Below the pieces are notes generated by a model, which did no database searches, had not been told where the DNA came from, and saw only the letters and a program-made list of their open reading frames with translations. A stretch of DNA of 64,000 nt, taken from the IMG/VR virus record IMGVR_UViG_3300021479_000014, positions 1 through 64,000 of that record. One strand, given 5' to 3'. The position numbers and the translations under genes were made by a program. This DNA comes from a virus. Positions 19,521 to 28,276 of the stretch are shown piece after piece (positions within the stretch are counted from its first letter, which is position 1; each line of letters opens with the position of its first letter).

Positions 19521-20302
19521 ACTGGTCCTAAATCTTCAAGAACTGCCTGCCAAGCATATTTTGATGATCCTGGTGATTGAGGATGATCCATAGTATTACA
19601 AAATGGCAGAAGAACAGGACCATTAAAAGCAGTAACTGGATGAACTGAAATCACAATCTCCTTATCTCCACCATTTATAACTGTAACAAATTCAATAGGA
19701 CTTGCACCAATATAAGGAACAGATAGTGGAGGATCAACACCACCAGTAAATCCTGGTGATTCAGCTTTACCCGTATATTGATTAGGACCAGAAAACATTA
19801 AAAAATTATCATTAGGCGGACAATTCCCCATAGCTGTACTTTTATTGCATCTAGCATCAATTATGACTTCTCCATTACTCCCAACAATAATCTGCCCGCT
19901 CAAATTTTGATATGCTAAACCAAATCTATTTATCCAAGCATTAGAAAAAATTGGCGTTCCAGGAGGTAAACCAGTAAATTTAATTTTACCTTTAGCTTGT
20001 GTATTGATATCTTTATATGTATCATTAAAATAATTTGTTGGGACAGGTATAACCAAACCAAGTGCTTTAAAATAAATAGGTATTTCAAGAGTAGACATTC
20101 TTGGTATAGGAGATCCGCCTGGATAAGAAGGTGGTCTTTCTGGTTGAGAAGGAGGTGACAAAATACCCCCAGACAAACTAAGTCTAATTAGACGATTTCC
20201 AGAATCAAGAGTTGCTGGAAATCTAAATACCTCAGTATCTACATCAACAGGTGCATTTAAAATACCATTTAATACAACAGAAGCTATAAGTTCAACAGAC
20301 AT
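19517..20302 (-). CDS. hypothetical beta-rich protein
   Basis: 261 aa, GGAG RBS, after terminase. Confidence 0.65.
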   Translation of the reverse strand: MSVELIASVVLNGILNAPVDVDTEVFRFPATLDSGNRLIRLSLSGGILSPPSQPERPPSYPGGSPIPRMSTLEIPIYFKALGLVIPVPTNYFNDTYKDINTQAKGKIKFTGLPPGTPIFSNAWINRFGLAYQNLSGQIIVGSNGEVIIDARCNKSTAMGNCPPNDNFLMFSGPNQYTGKAESPGFTGGVDPPLSVPYIGASPIEFVTVINGGDKEIVISVHPVTAFNGPVLLPFCNTMDHPQSPGSSKYAWQAVLEDLGPV

Positions 20303-20311
20303 TTTATTCTC

Positions 20312-21823
20312 CTACCACAAATCCGGATCACCTAGTGCGCTACAAACACCATAACAGAACGCATCTACTAAGTCATCTTCTTGATCTGGTACGCCAACAT
20401 TGAAAGTATGAACCTGCTTAATCAAATGATTCGCGTGACGTTGTTTAAAATCAACAGTCTTACGATAGGCAAGTTCTGAATATTTTACTTTGCCAACGGA
20501 AACGTAGCCACTAGCGTTAAGAGCACGCGGCTGTTTGCCAAGTTGTACCAACTTAGCGTCAATACCAGTTGCCAAAAGGTTGCGTCGATTACATTGTTGC
20601 AAAAGGACAATGCCAGAGCCCTTTTCTTCAATTAATGTACCGATTGACCCTCGCCGCGGGTGACACTCTCTAGCAAATTCTTCAAGTCTCAAATAAACAT
20701 TTGGAATCCAATCTATCAATAAATCAGAAGGAACCTGCAATATATCATAATCTAAAATTGTTAAAGGACGATCTTGAATGTATTGATTTAATGCCCAATA
20801 TATTACGGCTGTTGCGTCATGTTTTGCATCAGCTTTAATGCCAGTATCAATAGTGGCAAAGACGCAATCACACCACTCAGGAAAGTTGACAGGAGATCCG
20901 TCAACAAGTAAGTCCTTTTCGAGGAAAAACGTACCACCAGGCGGCTGCGGATTTTGTTGATAGAGAGACTCAAAATCTCGAATCCCAACGATTGTGCGTT
21001 TTCGTTCAAGAGCAGCAGCATCTTCCCAAGATGGCCAGAGCGCCTCACCTACGCCGCGCCCCAAAGGATCATCTGCCACTGCAAAAGCCGGAAGGCATAT
21101 AACTGTCCATTGATCTCCACCCTTCTCCATTTCATGGAGAAGCATTCCACCTAAATCTTCCAAATGCCATCTTGTTTGAATCAAAATAATTCTAGCATCA
21201 GGTTTAAGTCTTGTAACCAAATCACTTTTGTACCATTCATACGTTTTCGCCCTAACGGTTTCTGACTCAGCATCTTCTCGTGATTTAACAGGATCATCAA
21301 TGATTGCGAGATCAGCTCTTCGTCCTGTAATAGCCCCACCGACGCCCGCCGCAAAGTACTCACCGCCGTTCGTAGTTTCCCATCTTGAAGCGGCCCTATT
21401 TGATTCATCTAAAGAATATCCTAAAGTGGATGCTTTCAATAATATCTTGTTGCGCACCCTGCGGCCAAAACGTTCCGCAAGTTCACCTGTATGTGAGCAA
21501 CCTATCACGCTTGAGCGTGGAAATTGTTTAAACCAAAATGGAGGAAGTAGTTCGCTGGTATAAGTAGATTTGGCGCTCCCAGGAGGAGCAAATATCATCA
21601 AACGATCTATTTCGCCAGATACTACTTTTTCTAACGCTTTGATAATAAGTCTATGGTGCGCTGCTGGTTTGAAACCAAAATCACCAACACACTCTGAACA
21701 CCACGCCAATAAATTAGTTTGACATTTACGGCGCCAAGCAGCAGTCCTAAGCTTAAAAACCTGAGCACGACGGATACGATCGAACTGGGATGGATGCTGC
21801 GGTGGCTCAAATCCCATGCTCAT
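20312..21823 (-). CDS. terL: terminase large subunit
   Basis: APPGSAKS Walker A, GRRADLAIIDDP Walker B, QTRWH, C-terminal nuclease DDLVDA. Confidence 0.95.
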   Translation of the reverse strand: MSMGFEPPQHPSQFDRIRRAQVFKLRTAAWRRKCQTNLLAWCSECVGDFGFKPAAHHRLIIKALEKVVSGEIDRLMIFAPPGSAKSTYTSELLPPFWFKQFPRSSVIGCSHTGELAERFGRRVRNKILLKASTLGYSLDESNRAASRWETTNGGEYFAAGVGGAITGRRADLAIIDDPVKSREDAESETVRAKTYEWYKSDLVTRLKPDARIILIQTRWHLEDLGGMLLHEMEKGGDQWTVICLPAFAVADDPLGRGVGEALWPSWEDAAALERKRTIVGIRDFESLYQQNPQPPGGTFFLEKDLLVDGSPVNFPEWCDCVFATIDTGIKADAKHDATAVIYWALNQYIQDRPLTILDYDILQVPSDLLIDWIPNVYLRLEEFARECHPRRGSIGTLIEEKGSGIVLLQQCNRRNLLATGIDAKLVQLGKQPRALNASGYVSVGKVKYSELAYRKTVDFKQRHANHLIKQVHTFNVGVPDQEDDLVDAFCYGVCSALGDPDLW

Positions 21824-22018
21824 TTAATATAACTTTTCACGTACCTTTGCGAACTTTCCACCCATACCATTGGCACGTAATATTAAACTAACTGTCCCTT
21901 GAGAAATTCCAACTTCAGCCGAAATCTCACCCTGCGTCATTTTCTGAGAGCGCAGTTCTTTAATTCGATGGACCATACGTTGGTCAACTTTTAAAGGTGA
22001 TCCTCTTCGATCTCTCAT
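21824..22018 (-). CDS. small HTH DNA-binding protein
   Basis: MTQGEISAEVGISQGTVSLIL. Confidence 0.75.
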   Translation of the reverse strand: MRDRRGSPLKVDQRMVHRIKELRSQKMTQGEISAEVGISQGTVSLILRANGMGGKFAKVREKLY

Positions 22019-22110
22019 AATTAGCCAACTGTACCAACTTTGTGACGGTTTCCCATCCCAATTAAAAAGTCAAAATACACCAAATGATAAATGGAAAATT
22101 TCCTCCTTCT

Positions 22111-22200
22111 ATGATCCCTGGACCCCTCTGGGCTGGGGGCACGTTAAAAAAGGGGTCCAGGTTATTAAAATCTCAGCTAGAGGGGGATCATTGCTGAGAT
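22111..22200 (-). promoter_or_regulatory. structured leader of late operon
   Basis: Helices CCTGGACCCCT/AGGGGTCCAGG, ATCTCAGC/GCTGAGAT, ATGATCCC/GGGATCAT. Confidence 0.5.
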
Positions 22201-22349
22201 AGCGGCCTTGTGTTCTCACCAGCTCGGTTGCAGGAAATCACACTGGCGAGCCTTCAATGATCCGCTTAAATTACGGCGAAACTAAGGCGCGCAAGGGTAA
22301 AACTACGTGGACGATACATTAAATTTTGTTAATGTTTACAATGTAAGCG

Positions 22350-22378
22350 TAGACTTCATCTCTCAGTTGTGCTATAGT
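22350..22378 (+). promoter_or_regulatory. sigma70-type promoter
   Basis: TAGACT-17-TATAGT with extended TG. Confidence 0.65.
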
Positions 22379-22412
22379 GTACGAAAGGGAACACAGAGGG
22401 CTGGAGCATCAA

Positions 22413-22940
22413 GTGCAAGATCTCTTCGATCAGCAATCAGTAAATGATTTCCATTGGATTGTAGCAGTCTTCGCCAATACTGGTGCCGTAGATGTCATTA
22501 GAAAAGCTAATGAAGTTCCTCTCAAAACATTTTATCCAATACGTTTTAATGGACGTGGAGAGCCAATACCTATGTGGCGCCACTATTTATTCATCGAATT
22601 TCGCCAATTTATAACAGCTGAGATTTGTCGTAGTACAAAGAAGTTCATAAAAGTTTTGAGTATGAGAGATAAATTTGGCATAGAATATCCAGTAATGGTA
22701 CGCAAGAATGCCATTGATGAACATATGAGATTATTGTTATCTGGTAAATTTAATGAAAAATTACGTATGAGAAGATTTTATGGTAAGGGTTCATTTGTTA
22801 GAGTAATTGAAGGAACATTTATTGATAAACGTGTAAGATTGGATATGGACATTACACCAGATATGCCAGGTACTAAGAAAGTTTTGGTAGACATTAATGG
22901 GTTCAAAGGTTCAATAGAACTATGGAAGTTAAGCTTATGA
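22413..22940 (+). CDS. NusG/RfaH-family antitermination factor
   Basis: NGN motifs (W.VA, TFYP, PMWRHYLFIEF, FIKVL, PVMV) plus KOW (GSFVRVIEGTF); GTG 22413 has a GGAG RBS. Confidence 0.75.
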   Translation: MQDLFDQQSVNDFHWIVAVFANTGAVDVIRKANEVPLKTFYPIRFNGRGEPIPMWRHYLFIEFRQFITAEICRSTKKFIKVLSMRDKFGIEYPVMVRKNAIDEHMRLLLSGKFNEKLRMRRFYGKGSFVRVIEGTFIDKRVRLDMDITPDMPGTKKVLVDINGFKGSIELWKLSL

Positions 22941-23095
22941 ACGATGATGAAGACGAACATTATAACGATTATGATGAAGGATACTTTCCTCCATCTAAAT
23001 ATCCTTGGAGGGAATTATTTACGTTTATATTATTTCTATCAATTTTCCTAGCAGGACTATGGTGGTTAATATGGAAGATATATGAATGGGTCTAA
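22937..23095 (+). CDS. small membrane protein
   Basis: 52 aa, acidic N-terminus plus one TM helix; ATGA overlap. Confidence 0.55.
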   Translation: MNDDEDEHYNDYDEGYFPPSKYPWRELFTFILFLSIFLAGLWWLIWKIYEWV

Positions 23096-23132
23096 GAGTA
23101 AAAATCATGTCAATGGCTGGAGAGCATAGAAA

Positions 23133-23327
23133 ATGGACGCTGCTATCATAGAAAATTTGGTACAAGAAACTGTGTTTACAATATCTCCTCACAAACTAAA
23201 GATCGCAACAGATGAAGCACTAAGAGTAATGATTAATAGCGGTGTATTCTATCCACGAGAAATAGCTGAAAACATCGCCTACGCTGTACTCAGAATCGTA
23301 CACCAGAATGGAGGTTTCATTGACTAA
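23133..23327 (+). CDS. hypothetical protein
   Basis: RBS, operon context. Confidence 0.55.
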   Translation: MDAAIIENLVQETVFTISPHKLKIATDEALRVMINSGVFYPREIAENIAYAVLRIVHQNGGFID

Positions 23328-23583
23328 AGATGAAGACTTCCCTCGAATGAGCGAACCATATGTCATAGCGTGTCTGCGAATATATGGCGCTGCACCAACA
23401 GAATCACTAGTGGGATGGTGCGGTAGATGCGGACATGATATATGGATCGCTAAAAGCACTCCTCAGATCAAAAACGCAAAATACATATGTCTCAATTGTG
23501 TTAACTGGAGTGAGGTTGATGATATTGAAGCGCCAACTCCAGAACAAATTGAAGATGTACTGAGACATAGGAAGAGACAATGA
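23308..23583 (+). CDS. Zn-ribbon hypothetical protein
   Basis: CGRC..CLNC. Confidence 0.6.
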   Translation: MEVSLTKDEDFPRMSEPYVIACLRIYGAAPTESLVGWCGRCGHDIWIAKSTPQIKNAKYICLNCVNWSEVDDIEAPTPEQIEDVLRHRKRQ

Positions 23584-24074
23584 AACTAGAAAATATTACT
23601 AGTGAAGGTGATTTGCGCAATTGGCTCACAGATCAGATCTTCGAGTGCGAAGGCCGATTAGGATTGGAATGGATAGAACCTGCCAAGTTCGGTTCCACTA
23701 TTGGCGCACCAGACTGTAAAATCAAATATGGTATTAGCTCCATAGGTCTTGAGCTAAAATATTTAATCAGTACAAAGAAAGGCATAAAATGGGCGGTAAG
23801 ACCTGCCCAACGACGCTATCATCACATGCTTGCTTTTCATGGTGGTCGTAGTGCGCTTATGGCTTTCATTGCCGCCAAACAAGAATTGTATTTAGTGCGA
23901 GGTGACCATATTCCATTGAGAGATTATGCTTCTGATCCTCAATCTGGATGCGCCAATAGATTAGTTAAAATGACACACTTAGACTTTATGAGTATTGATA
24001 GAGATCGCCAAGCTATGTTCGCTCTTGAAGATAATTTGTTTCAAGACGAGTTTTGGGAGAAGAGCAATGGTTAA
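23580..24074 (+). CDS. PD-(D/E)XK nuclease (VRR-NUC/resolvase-like)
   Basis: E..GAPD..LELK..RPAQ motif. Confidence 0.7.
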   Translation: MKLENITSEGDLRNWLTDQIFECEGRLGLEWIEPAKFGSTIGAPDCKIKYGISSIGLELKYLISTKKGIKWAVRPAQRRYHHMLAFHGGRSALMAFIAAKQELYLVRGDHIPLRDYASDPQSGCANRLVKMTHLDFMSIDRDRQAMFALEDNLFQDEFWEKSNG

Positions 24075-24309
24075 GATGGTACCGCCACAATACAAAAAGG
24101 GAGGATTACATGGGCCACCTAATGATAGAATATTTCATCACTTTGTTGGTCAAGCAGTACAAAAAATCAAAGGCTACAAATATCCAGGTATCATCTTAGT
24201 TGCATTCAAAACATTAGATGGAAAGGCACGCTATGTCGTTGAAGCTGATCATCCTGATTTTCGCGGTATGCTTCATATTTTCTCTGATGCGGACATTGAG
24301 GAACGGTAA
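24067..24309 (+). CDS. SH3-fold protein, DfrB/R67-like
   Basis: VGQAVQK..GY.YPG.I...RYVVE....GMLHIF. Confidence 0.5.
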   Translation: MVKMVPPQYKKGGLHGPPNDRIFHHFVGQAVQKIKGYKYPGIILVAFKTLDGKARYVVEADHPDFRGMLHIFSDADIEER

Positions 24310-24638
24310 TGAAATGTGAAAACTGCCATGGCAAAGGAAATATTTGGTCACAATTAACTCAAGAATATCTACTTTGCATGGAGTGTAATGGTAGTGGCAT
24401 AACATCATGTTGTGAAGGAAATCCAAATATGACTGAGCAGCGCCCAATGTATGAGTGTGACGTTGAACTTTATACATGTCCATACTGTAAAGAAGATGTG
24501 GTAGTATATGTCGAACTAGATGGCACAGGAATCATTTCACACGAGAGCTATGATCTCATTGCCAATTGGGTGTATCATTCCAAATGTTGGGATGAACAGA
24601 TGCGTAAATTTCCACCTGGAGGAACCAATGTCGAATGA
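24309..24638 (+). CDS. Zn-finger protein (CxxCxGxG)
   Basis: CENCHGKG, CMECNGSG. Confidence 0.6.
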   Translation: MKCENCHGKGNIWSQLTQEYLLCMECNGSGITSCCEGNPNMTEQRPMYECDVELYTCPYCKEDVVVYVELDGTGIISHESYDLIANWVYHSKCWDEQMRKFPPGGTNVE

Positions 24639-24951
24639 TCCACTAAAAGAACTCCAAGAATATAATGCGCGGCGTGATGCTTTATTCCGCAACCCAACTA
24701 CAGAAGGTGCTGTGGCGCTCCTAAAGGAAACGGGCGTTACTCAATTTGACAGAGAAGATGTGCCATTGGCCACAGTCCACAAAGCAAGATTGCAATGGCT
24801 TGGCGCCACAAACGAAATGATAACAGAGAGCATTGTGTGGCTAAAAGAACATGGCTATCTAACTACTTTTAAAGGAGCGCCACCACTCACACCTGAACAA
24901 CGTGACGCAGATCGCGTGTCAATAGGAAAGAAACCATTGGGAGAAGAATGA
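24628..24951 (+). CDS. hypothetical protein
   Basis: GGAGG RBS before ATG 24628. Confidence 0.6.
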   Translation: MSNDPLKELQEYNARRDALFRNPTTEGAVALLKETGVTQFDREDVPLATVHKARLQWLGATNEMITESIVWLKEHGYLTTFKGAPPLTPEQRDADRVSIGKKPLGEE

Positions 24952-25157
24952 TGGAAGTATCAGAAATGTCTGATGATGAACTCATGAGATATGCCGCACA
25001 ATATAATTTAGAATTACGTCGTGGCAGAGAATTATTGAAGGAAGGTGACGATATCATCAAAGCGAACATTAACCTATATGTGGCATGCCAAAATGAATTA
25101 ATGTCTCGAATGACCAATCGTATTGAACAAGAAACAAACAAGTTGGGAGAAGAATGA
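24948..25157 (+). CDS. hypothetical protein
   Basis: Coupled ORF. Confidence 0.55.
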   Translation: MMEVSEMSDDELMRYAAQYNLELRRGRELLKEGDDIIKANINLYVACQNELMSRMTNRIEQETNKLGEE

Positions 25158-25528
25158 TGGGAGAAGCCAAACGAAGAGGAATAATAGTCAATACTACCAG
25201 GCTAAGTTATATTTGTGATTGTCTAAATTGTGGAGTAGAAATTGACGCTGCTACAAGCGTTGGCCATAAACATTTACCAAAACCAGGAGCCATTGCCATT
25301 TGTATAGTGTGTAGTCATATTATGGCTTATGATAAAAATCTACACTTGCGAGAACTTACAGATGATGAAATTCTAGCCATTGCGGGTAGACCAGAAATCA
25401 TCTTCCTCATCAACGGCCTAGGTGGCGCCAAAGCAAAATGGGAGAGTGAACATGGTAAAGGAACGTGGGGTCAAAAAGCCAGGGAGAGGCTCGCGCAAGT
25501 TCGAGCATCCAGGGCTCAGATTCAATAA
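25154..25528 (+). CDS. Zn-binding hypothetical protein
   Basis: CLNC..P.PG..AICIVC. Confidence 0.6.
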   Translation: MMGEAKRRGIIVNTTRLSYICDCLNCGVEIDAATSVGHKHLPKPGAIAICIVCSHIMAYDKNLHLRELTDDEILAIAGRPEIIFLINGLGGAKAKWESEHGKGTWGQKARERLAQVRASRAQIQ

Positions 25529-25541
25529 ACTCAAAGGAGAG

Positions 25542-25754
25542 TTGAATAAAAATGAATATGAGTGCGCTGCATGTCACGAAGTGTTCATTGCTGCGATAAG
25601 TGATGAACAAGCCATAGCAGAAGCAGCGGAGAATTTCCCAACAGTACCGATTGAGGAAACTTCAATCGTGTGCGAGGACTGCTTTCAAAAGATGATGGCA
25701 GACGTAGCTGCGCACCCATGGGCATACCCACCACTCCCACCGGAGAAAAAGTGA
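25542..25754 (+). CDS. Zn-binding hypothetical protein (start uncertain)
   Basis: CAAC..CEDC. Confidence 0.55.
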   Translation: MNKNEYECAACHEVFIAAISDEQAIAEAAENFPTVPIEETSIVCEDCFQKMMADVAAHPWAYPPLPPEKK

Positions 25755-25842
25755 TGCGGATCGACATATTATGGATCATAGCTGTCATGTTTATGGTGGC
25801 CTATGGTGGCCAAATCATCATCAATCTACTGGGGTTAAAATA

Positions 25843-26394
25843 ATGGTCAATTATGATAAGTTCAAACGTCCAGGCAGCGGAGTAGCGCCAAAGCCGCTTG
25901 ATAAGACTGAGCTTGAGATCGTAAGAGCAGACATGAAGTATCTCATTGAGAAAGAAAAAGAGAATGGTGATTGGGCCAAATGGTTAGAATCACAAAAACC
26001 ATTTGGAGCATATACAATCCCACTCAACTTCGTTGAAGTTGATCTAAGTATACAGGTCACGATCCTCGATGCTCATGGCAATCCGGTAGTTGTGGCTGGC
26101 CCAACTCCCATCTTCCAAGCCATATCAGAAGAAATTCAACGCCGTGCCCATATCAATCATGACCCCAATCTTGACCCAATGGCTCCTCTTCTAAGGCCAG
26201 GCAGCATCACCGCAGAAATATTCACATTCTATGTTGGTCGCGCCCCAGAGAATGATGATCTTCTTCGGTGTAATTGTGAACTAGCAGGACAGTGGGGCCA
26301 TATTGGATGTGGTTGGTGCAATCTGTGCGTGAAGCCAAAATTCATGTGCCATGGCCATCCGCGAATGCCACGACCTGGAGATGCTCTATGGTAG
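25843..26394 (+). CDS. hypothetical protein with Cys/His-rich C-terminus
   Basis: VGRAPENDDLLRCNC..GH.GCGWC. Confidence 0.6.
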   Translation: MVNYDKFKRPGSGVAPKPLDKTELEIVRADMKYLIEKEKENGDWAKWLESQKPFGAYTIPLNFVEVDLSIQVTILDAHGNPVVVAGPTPIFQAISEEIQRRAHINHDPNLDPMAPLLRPGSITAEIFTFYVGRAPENDDLLRCNCELAGQWGHIGCGWCNLCVKPKFMCHGHPRMPRPGDALW

Positions 26395-26600
26395 ATGATG
26401 CGCAACATGATGACCATATTTGGGTGACCGTGAGAGGTGAATCTTGGGCTATAGCTGAGATCTACAAAAGTTGGATATGGTTATGGAGAGGTTATTGGCC
26501 AAACATGGAAGTTGCGCTCCTAGATACAAATGGCATTGACTGGGTTGGATATTGTGATAGGGCTGTCTTTATGATGTATGGTGATACTATTGTGTGGTAA
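26388..26600 (+). CDS. hypothetical Trp-rich protein
   Basis: GGAG RBS before ATG 26388. Confidence 0.45.
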   Translation: MVDDAQHDDHIWVTVRGESWAIAEIYKSWIWLWRGYWPNMEVALLDTNGIDWVGYCDRAVFMMYGDTIVW

Positions 26601-26664
26601 TTTTACTGGTGAAGGTTGTAGAATTATGGTTCGTGGATTTTTGACGCTAGTGCAGAGACGGTGG

Positions 26665-26996
26665 CCACCAAGTGGTGGGCGCAAACAGGTGAATTTCTGA
26701 TTCTCCGAAAGCGTCTCCGACGCTTCTGGCTATCCCTAGATCGTCTAGGAAGCTCTAGGAGCTGGGGCTTTTTCTAGGGGCACGGACATAGCGGGCAACG
26801 ACCGAGGGCTGATGGACGGCCTTCCTAATGCGTTTAAACGCATATCGCCAAGGTTAGGCGACAATCGTCGCCGAGGGCGACTGGCCCTATTTATTAGATG
26901 CCCATAGATGTTTTTTAGGGGCAAAACCATTAAAATAATTCTAGACTTTCCTACGCGGTAGGAGTAGCTTGTTTCTTGTCGGACGGCGATGTCGCC
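26665..26996. repeat. array of short inverted repeats
   Basis: At least 9 palindromes, e.g. AAGCGTC-TCC-GACGCTT, ATGCGTTTAAACGCAT, GTCGCC-GAG-GGCGAC. Confidence 0.75.
26942..26970 (+). promoter_or_regulatory. sigma70-type promoter with UP element and palindromic spacer
   Basis: TAGACT-17-TAGCTT, AT-rich upstream, TCCTAC-GCG-GTAGGA in spacer. Confidence 0.65.
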
Positions 26997-27032
26997 CTCC
27001 GCTAAAACGCCCCGAGCGGGCAGGAGAGAAAA

Positions 27033-27494
27033 ATGGGTAAGGTATCGTTAGACGAGCGCATTGCGCTCGCCGTGTCCCAGGCGCTTGCGCTTAAGACACG
27101 CAAGGCTCGCGATCCGGTCGTTCCGGTGGACGAGAGCGAGTGGGACCGCGTTGCGCGTGTCCTGCGTATGCAGAAGGGCATGCGTGGTATGCTCTTGCGG
27201 CATATCGTGCGCAAGGGTCCGGGCGTGTACACGTTCGAGGGCATACATGCGGTGGAGGGTCTCGAGTGGATCTCGGCGCCTAATGTCGCTGCGTGCCTAA
27301 CGCATATCGCCTGGAAGATGCAGGGCGGTTCGGGGTCGGGCACGGTCGCCCCGTGTGGGTACACCCTCGCCGTCGATGGGACGGGTGTTAACGTGCGGGC
27401 AATGCTCGCCCGCGTTAAGCCCGCGAAAAAGCCGGTGGCTCGCAAGGCGAAGGCTTTGCCCGCTCCGGTGGCGAAGAACACAGACGCCGCGTAA
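27033..27494 (+). CDS. putative winged-helix regulator, candidate immediate-early protein
   Basis: AGGAG RBS, own promoter and terminator, GC-rich; OmpR-like helix NVAACLTHIAWKM plus wing GYTLAV; ends -DAA. Confidence 0.65.
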   Translation: MGKVSLDERIALAVSQALALKTRKARDPVVPVDESEWDRVARVLRMQKGMRGMLLRHIVRKGPGVYTFEGIHAVEGLEWISAPNVAACLTHIAWKMQGGSGSGTVAPCGYTLAVDGTGVNVRAMLARVKPAKKPVARKAKALPAPVAKNTDAA

Positions 27495-27499
27495 AAACT

Positions 27500-27525
27500 G
27501 GGGAGGCGCAAGCCTCCCCTCTTTT
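27500..27525 (+). terminator. intrinsic terminator
   Basis: GGGGAGGC-GCAA-GCCTCCCC-TCTTTT. Confidence 0.8.
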
Positions 27526-27558
27526 CCCCTCGTTTCTCACTAGTCAGGAGTCATCAAA

Positions 27559-27687
27559 ATGGCACACATCTACTCGGGAGTTAACTCCCAGCATCGCGAC
27601 CCCATCGATCACCTCGAAGATGGGTGGGTGGTCTACGTCAGCGACGACCAGGTCCAGATCCTCATCATTATCGTGGAGGTGGAGTGA
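27559..27687 (+). CDS. 42-aa hypothetical protein
   Basis: AGGAG RBS; followed by coupled 18-aa ORF 27687-27743. Confidence 0.5.
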   Translation: MAHIYSGVNSQHRDPIDHLEDGWVVYVSDDQVQILIIIVEVE

Positions 27688-27747
27688 TGGCCAAACTCCA
27701 GCGCTTATGGCGGCGCATCATGGGTCAAAGACCATACTTCTAAGATG

Positions 27748-27771
27748 GGGTGGCGCAAGCCACCCTTTTTT
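27748..27771 (+). terminator. intrinsic terminator
   Basis: GGGTGGC-GCAA-GCCACCC-TTTTTT. Confidence 0.85.
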
Positions 27772-27779
27772 ATCAACGT

Positions 27780-28276
27780 GGTGATAGATGATATTTGGCT
27801 TTTGATGCGCACCAATTTGCGTGTCACCATGCCATATGTCATTTATCATTTCACCAATGGTGAGAGATAATTTTTGACTGATGATATATGATATGGATGA
27901 TATTTGGCGTGATATGTTCTCGGTTTGTTCTCAGCTGTCATATGTGTTCTTGATCTGTTCTTTATGATTATCATTTGTGGTGACTTCTGATTTTCCGCTT
28001 TTGGCTTTGGTTGCGCACCAAGCATTATGATGTTATCATTGTCTACTTTGTTCTAAAATAAAGCAGACATAAAAAGCATAACGATATCAATGACTTAGGT
28101 GCATCAGTCTACTTTGTCCGCTTTGTATGCTTATCATACCGTCCTACATGTATGATTTAAAATACAGCTATACCAGGTCAGCAAAGATTTATCATTTGGT
28201 GGAGCACTTTCCCCAAGCATTTCAGTTGGTTATGCCTGAAACTTAATCTAAAACATTAAGCAGACAATTTACAGAT
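27780..28276. other. non-coding AT-rich region, candidate origin
   Basis: No ORF; GTCTACTTTGT x2 and AAGCAGACA x2; lies just downstream of helicase gene. Confidence 0.4.
27916..27960. promoter_or_regulatory. two alphaproteobacterial LexA boxes
   Basis: GTTC-N7-GTTC at 27916-27930 and 27946-27960. Confidence 0.65.

Noticed and set aside
22316-22335. CtrA box
   Set aside because: Spacing is TTAA-N6-TTAA, not N7; kept only as a possible operator
27002-27511. 169-aa minus-strand ORF and alternate-frame ORFs
   Set aside because: By-product of TGA/TCA absence and high GC; promoter, RBS and terminator all support the plus-strand gene
26813-27536. Stop-codon reassignment as the cause of the TGA pattern
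   Set aside because: TGA is used as a normal stop in many ATGA overlaps, genes are intact under code 11, and the depletion covers both strands and non-coding DNA
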